This document shows, one piece after another, positions 56,872 through 64,000 of a stretch of DNA of 64,000 bases (position 1 is its first letter; each line of letters opens with the position of its first letter). Below the pieces are notes generated by a model. The model was not told where the DNA came from. It saw only the letters and a program-made list of their open reading frames with translations, and made no database searches. The position numbers and the translations under genes are program-made. Source of the DNA: a virus (Duplodnaviria; Heunggongvirae; Uroviricota; Caudoviricetes); IMG/VR virus record IMGVR_UViG_3300014208_000001, positions 165,318 to 229,317 of that record. The stretch is one strand, 5' to 3'.

Positions 56872-57447
56872 TTATGGGGTTGATTGACTACGTACACTAC
56901 CTTCAACTTCTTCTTCGGCCCAGTCATATGATAGGCTAACTTCTACAATTTTAATTTCAGATGATGTATATGATAATTCGCCGTGCCGTATCGATGATGG
57001 CCAACTATTTTTTAATCTAAATATTTGAACAGGTCCACTATCCTCACCACTATCTAAATATGATCGTAATATTGATTCCCTTTTATAACTATTAGGTGGT
57101 TTCAACCCAGCCGCTGATGTCCATATTTGTTTACGCCATTCAGTTAATATTTCGAATAAACCAGTACTATCATACCACGTTAATTTAACATCTTCCCATG
57201 CAACTGATTTAGCAAATTTATATTCTAAATTAGCTCCCATAACTTTTTCACTATTAACTATAAATGTTGGTAATGTCGCATCTTTAAGATATATCAATGC
57301 TCTATTGTTAGACCCCAATGGATCATATAAGTCAAATAATGATTCTATTTCCCATGAGTATGATGTATAAAATTCAGCTGTACTAACTGGATGGACATTC
57401 CCCAATCGTGATTCATCACCCAATTTGTCAACTCTAAATCCAGGCAT
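56872..57447 (-). CDS. tail tube protein family (gp19-like), paralog 3
   Basis: MPGF N-terminus. The C-terminus WPSSIRHGELSYTSSEIKIVEVSLSYDWAE resembles T4 gp19 LWPTNVGELQLDWDSNNEIQTFEVTLALDYWE. Confidence 0.65.
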   Translation of the reverse strand: MPGFRVDKLGDESRLGNVHPVSTAEFYTSYSWEIESLFDLYDPLGSNNRALIYLKDATLPTFIVNSEKVMGANLEYKFAKSVAWEDVKLTWYDSTGLFEILTEWRKQIWTSAAGLKPPNSYKRESILRSYLDSGEDSGPVQIFRLKNSWPSSIRHGELSYTSSEIKIVEVSLSYDWAEEEVEGSVRSQSTP

Positions 57448-57455
57448 TTTATCCC

Positions 57456-58067
57456 TTATGGATTAACATTTGGGTTTATCTCTAAAGCTTTATTATATGA
57501 TATTGTCAATGTTATACATTGGATCGATGATGATGAATAATCCAATTCATCTGGTGTAATATTCATAGGCCACGCATCAAATAATTGGTACTTCCATGCC
57601 GATTTGCCTAATCCATCTTCTAACGATATTATTAAATCTCGTAAATACCCATCAGGTTTTACTGGTTTATTTATTATCGACTTTTTAAAATCGGCTACAC
57701 CTTTGGCACTATTAACCCACTTGTATATTGTTTCAGCGGTGGTATTTACTGGAACATCTCCAGGCTTATCAACTATTTCATAAAATGTAACTGTTATTGG
57801 TTGCCATCTGTATTTTCCTGGCCTATATATTTCTTCTAAACCATTATTAATTACCATTCTATCAAATTCAATTATCGGTCTTTGTGCTCTATGTGCATAC
57901 ATTAATATTTTATCAAAATCTGATAATACTTCTATTTTATATCTATGTGACCGTATTGTTTCAACAGTATGCAATGGTAATGTTGATGTTGATAAAGTAT
58001 TATTAGTTGGTATATCGCTAAAACCACATGTACTGTCTGCTTGAGATGGTATATTGAAACCTGGCAT
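57456..58067 (-). CDS. tail tube protein family (gp19-like), paralog 2
   Basis: MPGFNIPSQ...AWPMNITPDELDYSSSSIQCITLTISYNKA. Confidence 0.65.
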   Translation of the reverse strand: MPGFNIPSQADSTCGFSDIPTNNTLSTSTLPLHTVETIRSHRYKIEVLSDFDKILMYAHRAQRPIIEFDRMVINNGLEEIYRPGKYRWQPITVTFYEIVDKPGDVPVNTTAETIYKWVNSAKGVADFKKSIINKPVKPDGYLRDLIISLEDGLGKSAWKYQLFDAWPMNITPDELDYSSSSIQCITLTISYNKALEINPNVNP

Positions 58068-58083
58068 TTCACTTCCTATAAAA

Positions 58084-58106
58084 ACGGGGGAGTATTACTC
58101 CCCCGT
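58084..58106 (-). terminator. intrinsic terminator hairpin (acgggggag-tatta-ctcccccgt) followed on the minus strand by TTTTATAGG
   Basis: Lies between tube paralogs 1 and 2. Confidence 0.5.
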
Positions 58107-58161
58107 CAATTGACTTGCCCATTATGCACATCACTTTAAAAGGAGCGGTGCAGCAAGTGTA

Positions 58162-58734
58162 TTAACATGTTGGAACATTAGCTGCCGGAACTGGTGCGGC
58201 TTGACATGTTCTAATCGCTCTATCATATCTCATCGTCACTTCAATCGTTAGTATTTCAGATGAAGTGTAATTGAGTTCTTGCCAATTTGATTGAGCAGGC
58301 CATGTACCATACATCATCCATCGTTCTGATGGCTGCCCGGCACCATTTAATAATGCCAAAGAAGCAGTACGCTTATAATTGACAGGCGCTGCAACAACTA
58401 TCGTCGACATATTGACAATAGTTTCAATCCACTGATAAATACTACGCGAAACGTCTGGATTCTGTTCAGCATCATACCAAACTAGATTAACTGGTTCCCA
58501 ATCTTGTTTACCAGCGAATCTCGCCACTTCTTGGTTATGATGCATCTCAGGCTCTTCGAATTTAATATTCGGCCTGGATGCTGATTGTAGTATTAATAAT
58601 TCAGCTTCGGTAAAGCTACCAGCGCCTTTACCAATATATTCAAAAATCCACCGATGTTTACGGCGAGTTTCTATAGTATTTGATGGTCCGCTAGTAAAAC
58701 CACCACCCAATCCACCGATATTGAATCCTGGCAC
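58162..58734 (-). CDS. tail tube protein, gp19-like, paralog 1 (GTG start)
   Basis: NQEVARFAGKQDWEPVNLVWYDAE and YGTWPAQSNWQELNYTSSEILTIEVTMRYDRA align with T4 gp19. The start codon is GTG with a GGAGG RBS. Confidence 0.7.
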   Translation of the reverse strand: MPGFNIGGLGGGFTSGPSNTIETRRKHRWIFEYIGKGAGSFTEAELLILQSASRPNIKFEEPEMHHNQEVARFAGKQDWEPVNLVWYDAEQNPDVSRSIYQWIETIVNMSTIVVAAPVNYKRTASLALLNGAGQPSERWMMYGTWPAQSNWQELNYTSSEILTIEVTMRYDRAIRTCQAAPVPAANVPTC

Positions 58735-58916
58735 TTGAAACCTCCAAATCTAACGTATTAGAAACTGAAACCAGTTTCAACGCCATTTGTCTTGGGGTTA
58801 TGTCTTCAGATTATGAAAACTGTAAGCAAAATGCTTATTACTTAATATTTGCTTAAAATGTATTAAACCTACAAATAATATCAACGTCAAATTATATAAT
58901 AATATATTATCAAAAA

Positions 58917-59426
58917 TTAATAACTATCATCACTATCGAATGCGTCATAATCATCACCAGCATCATCTTTAATATTAAATAATGCAGTCAATTCACTTCT
59001 AGATGATAAAGCAGACTTAATCATATTACGTTTATGTCCATAGGATAACGCTACCATACCTTCAGAAACAACTGGGTATAATCTATCTAAATCCTCATTA
59101 GATAAATCCTCAATTTTCACACCATTAATTTCAATATGTGAATCACTCTCAGAATTATACTCAACCTCAAAATGGTATTGTATGCCATCAATTGTCATAT
59201 TAGCAGACACACCAACATGATTATAACCACATGCTGATTCAACATCAGCCAATTTAAATTGATTATGACTATCATCGACTGATTCATCACTTAAATCATA
59301 TCCATACATTCTAGCAATGTTTTTAATATTTAATACAATATTAGTATATGCGCCGTTTGATATACTACCATTTATAAATTTATAATTAGCATCATTAAAA
59401 AGATTTTCAAAATCTTCACGTTTCAT
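58917..59426 (-). CDS. hypothetical acidic-tailed protein (start probably internal Met MKREDF)
   Basis: ORF track gives 58917..59510. An internal start at 59426 leaves an 11-nt overlap with the upstream gene. Confidence 0.3.
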   Translation of the reverse strand: MKREDFENLFNDANYKFINGSISNGAYTNIVLNIKNIARMYGYDLSDESVDDSHNQFKLADVESACGYNHVGVSANMTIDGIQYHFEVEYNSESDSHIEINGVKIEDLSNEDLDRLYPVVSEGMVALSYGHKRNMIKSALSSRSELTALFNIKDDAGDDYDAFDSDDSY

Positions 59427-59895
59427 CTGTCGAATCCAGAATGGTTTTGATCTTGTTGATAACACGTTCGTTAACAACTTTTGTAAATTGTGCTTCGATC
59501 GCTTTATCAATATACTTGGTTATATCTTCTGTGTTTAAACGCTGTGTGATCAGTTTATCAACAACAGATCGAACCACTCTATCAATATCAGAATATGATC
59601 TAACATTTCCATTAGAATCACATTGCTTAAGTATTGCTGTATGAATATTGGTTTTCATATTATCGATAACAGCAGAAACCACTTCATTGGCTAATTTCAT
59701 ACCAAACCCATCAGCCATCTGATTGGCAACACTTTTCAAATGCTTTTTGGAAAATGTATTAACGATAGCTTGCCTTAAATCAACTTCGACTTGTGTATCG
59801 TTGCCGATAAGCGATTTAAGAGCATTATAATCGAGAAAAATCCTTGTCATAGTCATAAACTCCTCACTTTTCCAGCTACTAAAGCACTGTTCCAT
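59416..59895 (-). CDS. hypothetical protein
   Basis: A 159-aa ORF. Confidence 0.35.
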   Translation of the reverse strand: MEQCFSSWKSEEFMTMTRIFLDYNALKSLIGNDTQVEVDLRQAIVNTFSKKHLKSVANQMADGFGMKLANEVVSAVIDNMKTNIHTAILKQCDSNGNVRSYSDIDRVVRSVVDKLITQRLNTEDITKYIDKAIEAQFTKVVNERVINKIKTILDSTDET

Positions 59896-60677
59896 TTTGA
59901 AACAAAATCGTGTTTGTGATTGATTATATCAGCAAAGTAATCAATCGCAAACTCTCTAAACCACCCTTTGGTTAACGTAGTACAAATACGTCGCATAGCA
60001 TTTAAAAACGCCATATTTGGATTGATATTGTCTGGAATAATATACCTTTCCAACGCGATGACAAATGCTTCTTCTCTGACTAAATTGCACTTGTCTTCAA
60101 ACGGTAAATCGCAAAACATATCATACTCTACCATAGCTCTAGATTTATCTCTTTTTATAGATTGATATAATGGAATATCATAAATAGCCACAGCAGCATG
60201 GATATCATCATGAACATATCGTCTATTAACACTACATTGGCTTTTATTAAAAAATTCATCATTAGTCATATTAAGAGAAACATTCGTTATAGTATCCATT
60301 TCACTACGGCGCACTTTATAAAATTCACTAGCGTTAACATCCATTATTTGTATATTACGTATCATATTGACATAATCTTCAATATGTTTAAACCATTTAA
60401 TATCTCTATGTAAATGAGCACGTTTAATCAGCGCTAAATATTGAAATGGTATGACTTTAACATTAGTAAAATGCGGCAAATCGACTACTACAGTTGAAAT
60501 ATCATTTAAAAAATTATAAGCATCGCAACACGAAAATTCATATTTTATTCCATTTTTCTTAAATATTTTGCCATATTTATCTAAATCATTTTGAGTTGAT
60601 AATATATCCCAATCAGATTTTGCTAATCGCATATTACGCGACCAATAAGACGCAGCACGTGATCCATACAAAAGCAT
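59853..60677 (-). CDS. hypothetical protein with minimal nucleotidyltransferase-fold signature
   Basis: N-terminal LLYGSRAASYWSRNMRLAKSDWDIL fits the GS-x(9-13)-DxD pattern. Confidence 0.3.
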   Translation of the reverse strand: MLLYGSRAASYWSRNMRLAKSDWDILSTQNDLDKYGKIFKKNGIKYEFSCCDAYNFLNDISTVVVDLPHFTNVKVIPFQYLALIKRAHLHRDIKWFKHIEDYVNMIRNIQIMDVNASEFYKVRRSEMDTITNVSLNMTNDEFFNKSQCSVNRRYVHDDIHAAVAIYDIPLYQSIKRDKSRAMVEYDMFCDLPFEDKCNLVREEAFVIALERYIIPDNINPNMAFLNAMRRICTTLTKGWFREFAIDYFADIINHKHDFVSKWNSALVAGKVRSL

Positions 60678-60686
60678 ATGGTATTA

Positions 60687-61076
60687 TTACAGACTCTCAA
60701 TTTCACGTAAAACGACATCTTTTAATGATACTAATTGATCATAAGATGCCAAATTTATAAAATGACGCATACTTACAATTTGAAATAATTCTTTAATCGT
60801 ATTATCGTTGATATTTTTAATATCAATTTCTATATCATTTCCATATCCACAAGTCGAATCAGTTGATCTAGCCGTAATGCTAATAGTTTTATCAGTTACT
60901 TTAATCGTTTCATCGGCGCATACTAATTTTAATATTTTGTTTTCAAATGTTATGTTGGCGATTTGCCAATATTTAAGTATTTCACTCAACAATGCCGCAT
61001 ACGACTCCGGTAATGGCTTACCAACCTGTGTTTCTGAATATATTACCCTTGATGTATTATACAACCACTTCTTCAT
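60687..61076 (-). CDS. hypothetical protein, tandem paralog (start likely internal Met MKKWLY)
   Basis: LPESYAALLSEILKYW and NDNTIKELFQIVSMRHF are paralogous to LPELFAAILNECMLHC and TGDTIKNLFRISELRNY in 61078..61557. Confidence 0.35.
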   Translation of the reverse strand: MKKWLYNTSRVIYSETQVGKPLPESYAALLSEILKYWQIANITFENKILKLVCADETIKVTDKTISITARSTDSTCGYGNDIEIDIKNINDNTIKELFQIVSMRHFINLASYDQLVSLKDVVLREIESL

Positions 61077-61077
61077 A

Positions 61078-61557
61078 TCACCATGCTTTTTTAGGTAGTA
61101 ATTTGGCTTTTGGGTCATATAAATGTATAGTATCAAATACGTCAAAGAATTTAATCGAATCTTCATACGTACACTTATACATAAAATAATTCCTTAATTC
61201 AGATATTCTGAATAAATTTTTGATCGTATCACCAGTCATATTAGCTATTTCAACTCTTACAATCGGAATTGAATTAGGCCCATGCATATTATATATATCG
61301 ATATATTTATCACTAATTATTACTCTTTCATCTAAACATATTATATTAATTACTTTATTATCGTATCCAGTAACTTTCTTATATAGAATACGTTCAACTG
61401 TTGAACAATGCAACATACATTCATTCAAAATAGCCGCAAATAATTCTGGTAAAACTGTTGCTCCAACATCATTAATAGATGTATATATTATTGAATCATT
61501 ATCAGTATCAGTATAATACATCCATCGCTTACGAGTGTTCATATAACTGTATTTCAA
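61078..61557 (-). CDS. hypothetical protein, tandem paralog
   Basis: See 60687..61076. Confidence 0.35.
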   Translation of the reverse strand: MKYSYMNTRKRWMYYTDTDNDSIIYTSINDVGATVLPELFAAILNECMLHCSTVERILYKKVTGYDNKVINIICLDERVIISDKYIDIYNMHGPNSIPIVRVEIANMTGDTIKNLFRISELRNYFMYKCTYEDSIKFFDVFDTIHLYDPKAKLLPKKAW

Positions 61558-61697
61558 TAACGCCGCTTCACGTAAATGACGAAATATAAATACATAATTA
61601 ACACGGACTGAGAATCACAACTTCAACCCGTGATAGATCCCAACAACAACCCCAATTATCATACCCAACGCTATAACGAGGATTGTCTTGAATCCGC

Positions 61698-61853
61698 CTA
61701 GAATAATGTCATCGGTTGATGACGTCGGCATGGTGGAGATGGAAACCAACGGTTACATACCAAGGCGACCAACAACCCAAGCAGTCCGCCAACGCCGGCA
61801 TAAAGCACGGCGAAGGCTATAACAGCGAAAATTGTTACGATGATTTGCATCAT
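61698..61853 (-). CDS. small single-pass membrane peptide (51 aa) in a GC-rich island, unannotated
   Basis: Hand translation MMQIIVTIFAVIAFAVLYAGVGGLLGLLVALVCNRWFPSPPCRRHQPMTLF. Local GC is well above the flanking genes. Confidence 0.3.
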   Translation of the reverse strand: MMQIIVTIFAVIAFAVLYAGVGGLLGLLVALVCNRWFPSPPCRRHQPMTLF

Positions 61854-61875
61854 CTCTAAATCCAACTAGCTTTTG

Positions 61876-63969
61876 CTATAGACTGCCATTCACCACAACA
61901 CCACCAGCCACTAAAACTTCATTAGCTGAGAATGATGCACTATCGCGGAGTCCGACCAAATTCAGAATTATGAATTCGGCGGCGGTTGTCGGTTGGACTA
62001 ACACAGTCACCCACAACTCTTTTCTTGCTTGTCTTTCTGGTGTATTATTCGACTCATCACAGATTAATTTGTACGCTGTAATGCCTCGTCTATTTTGAAC
62101 ATCAGACAAGTATGGGTCAAGAGTTGCAACTACTTGTCTCCACAGCACTTTATCATTTGGTTCCATGATAAAGTTTCTGAGAGATCTTTGCATGGTCTTC
62201 TTGAGGCCAGAAAACAACATCCGAACGTTGGCCCTATCGAACACCGATTCGCTTCTTAATAGTGTTCTCTGACCAAAAACAACTATTCCATCTTGTGGGA
62301 ATTTGGTAATAGCATTAACAGCATTACCAGACCCATAAAGAAGATCACGCTCGCCTTGAGATGGTGCGTATTCAACATCTCTAGCTGTTAAGAGACGACC
62401 ACGTCTAATACCAGCAGGAGCGTACCATTGTTCTGCAACTCTAGAGGTTCTAGAGTACACAGCAGTAACGTGCCCAGATGGTGGTATCCACAATTCTTGC
62501 TGCGAAAACTGGTCATAAATTTTAACCCATGACCAATATAACGCACCATAGCTGCTATTAATAGCAGCATTTAAATCAGACAGTAGAATCCCATTATGCC
62601 AATCAACAACTTGCTGTGGTCGCAAACCAAATGGCGGATCAACAATGTAAAGCACATCACCACGCGATTCACACATTTGAAGTGCTGTGCCGATCACTTG
62701 ACCACTTGAAAATCCTGGGATTGCAAGTAAATTAATATCAATCGTTTCTGGATTTTGGAAAGCATAAATGCCTGTGCTCAATGCTGGATTACCAATCACA
62801 GCGGCATCTAAATTGCTCGAGAATGCAGCGTTGGTTGGAATACCATTCGCAGAACCGGCAAATTCACGATTGGCGAATTGTGACGGCTGCCGTGGCACAT
62901 ATGATGCCAATGTTGGATCATTATCCAAAAATGCTGGGCGATCTTCCCAATTCACAAATGTGTTACCATTACGACCACCATAGGTAGTCCCAGGGTTTAA
63001 CACATCAGAGATAAATCTCGTTGAATTCTGATCGAATGACACATCATTGATCGATTCAACGACTGCGCCATTAGAATCTCTAATGGTGACGGTATATCTG
63101 CCAGCAACTTCACCAACACCAGTTGTGAATAATGATAGCGAAAGAGTATTGCTATCAATCCATGTGCCAGCAGTTGGTGCAACAAACCACCCAACAATAT
63201 TGTCATAATAGCTTGAGTCAACAGCACAATCGGCACCAGCGGGATCTGTTTCACAGCTAAGTGGTGTTGATGCGCTAGATGTACCAGCATCTGGAAGCGA
63301 TGTTCTAATATCATTAAAACCACGGTAAGCTGATTGGTATGGGCTTAAAATATCAAGCTCTTCAGCGAACCGTAACGTTTTGATATTAGAGTAATTCGCT
63401 AATAATTGTAAAGTATCGGTTTTGTGAGTTGTCGTTGTCAGTATTACCACATGTTCTTTACCAGTCGGTAATGTTATTGACAACGATTCAAAATAACTTT
63501 CAGTACCAACTGTCCCTGCAGCATCTATAACTGACGCTGTCGAAACAGTGCTTAAACTACTAGCAACCGGCATACTGAATTGAACATTAGCCGTTTCAGT
63601 ACCAATTATATTGATTGAGACTCTGTTATTCTGTGATGTGAAAACATATGGCCCATAATGAGTTGCTAATAAATATGCTCTTGGAATATCCCATTCATAG
63701 AGTTGAATTCCAAGCTCTAAAGCCCATGCTTCAGAACCGGTCATTTGTATCCATTCACCAGCGGTTCTGGTTCTTATTTGAGGAACAACTGTTCCATCTG
63801 TTAAAGTAGTCGTAGTTGCTAAGTAATCATCACCGCTGACTAACGCATTCACCGCAGCTATAAATGTCGCAGCGGTGGTGTACGTCGCCGCAGTCATTGT
63901 GTATTCAGTTGGTGTATCATTTTCAACAGCGAATTTGAATACTCTGTTATCTGGATGAACATCAAACAC
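61876..63969 (-). CDS. tail sheath protein, gp18-like
   Basis: The C-terminal domain DINLLAIPGF...YGALYWSWVKIYD...WIPPSGHVTAVYSRTSRVAEQWYAPAGIRRG is the conserved sheath signature (LLavPG ... ALYyPWv ... vPPSg..aG..ArtD...GvwkAPAG). Confidence 0.85.
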   Translation of the reverse strand: MFDVHPDNRVFKFAVENDTPTEYTMTAATYTTAATFIAAVNALVSGDDYLATTTTLTDGTVVPQIRTRTAGEWIQMTGSEAWALELGIQLYEWDIPRAYLLATHYGPYVFTSQNNRVSINIIGTETANVQFSMPVASSLSTVSTASVIDAAGTVGTESYFESLSITLPTGKEHVVILTTTTHKTDTLQLLANYSNIKTLRFAEELDILSPYQSAYRGFNDIRTSLPDAGTSSASTPLSCETDPAGADCAVDSSYYDNIVGWFVAPTAGTWIDSNTLSLSLFTTGVGEVAGRYTVTIRDSNGAVVESINDVSFDQNSTRFISDVLNPGTTYGGRNGNTFVNWEDRPAFLDNDPTLASYVPRQPSQFANREFAGSANGIPTNAAFSSNLDAAVIGNPALSTGIYAFQNPETIDINLLAIPGFSSGQVIGTALQMCESRGDVLYIVDPPFGLRPQQVVDWHNGILLSDLNAAINSSYGALYWSWVKIYDQFSQQELWIPPSGHVTAVYSRTSRVAEQWYAPAGIRRGRLLTARDVEYAPSQGERDLLYGSGNAVNAITKFPQDGIVVFGQRTLLRSESVFDRANVRMLFSGLKKTMQRSLRNFIMEPNDKVLWRQVVATLDPYLSDVQNRRGITAYKLICDESNNTPERQARKELWVTVLVQPTTAAEFIILNLVGLRDSASFSANEVLVAGGVVVNGSL

Positions 63970-64000
63970 AAATGTGTCATTGACGTCTAAATCGCCAACC

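Noticed and set aside
58760-58777. 7-bp hairpin in the 5' leader of tube paralog 1
   Set aside because: It is short and AT-rich, so no function can be assigned.
1-64000. CRISPR arrays, rRNA and tRNA genes
   Set aside because: No spaced direct repeats or rRNA/tRNA-like structures were seen. The only tandem array is the coding 24-bp repeat.

Overview
This AT-rich window (roughly 30-35% GC, with GC-richer islands) is almost entirely coded on the minus strand and reads as a segment of a T4-like myovirus genome, not a cellular chromosome. I can recognise from the sequence a T4-type morphogenesis set, in shuffled order and broken up by accessory insertions. These are a gp23-like major capsid N-terminus running off the window start, a gp22-like coiled-coil scaffold, a gp21-like prohead protease, a gp20 portal (IYRITRAPERR motif) and a gp17 terminase large subunit carrying two LAGLIDADG inteins. 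The tail genes include a gp18 sheath, three gp19-family tail-tube paralogs, gp25/gp6/gp5-like baseplate proteins and a tape measure. The replication and nucleotide genes are a gp61-type primase, an SF2 helicase, and a ribonucleotide reductase alpha subunit with an intein at the catalytic cysteine. Accessory cargo includes a split CoaB plus a CoaC fused to an M23-like domain, a QueC-like PP-loop enzyme, a DUF433 protein, a Panacea (DUF4065) protein, a SpoT-like HD hydrolase, a CAP/SCP protein, a membrane-anchored PAS protein and a sigma-70-family factor. The most unusual region is a GC-richer minus-strand operon at about 26.3-32.8 kb. It encodes two paralogous SPFH/flotillin-like membrane proteins, a secreted/anchored Ser-Gly repeat protein, a DUF350-like 2-TM protein and a membrane-anchored PspA/IM30-family protein, and it ends in a GC-rich structured 3' element with a perfect 15-bp terminator hairpin. 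I read it as a candidate phage-borne membrane-remodelling or membrane-stress module. No rRNA, tRNA or CRISPR array was found. All domain calls come from motif recognition by eye and need HMM or structure confirmation.
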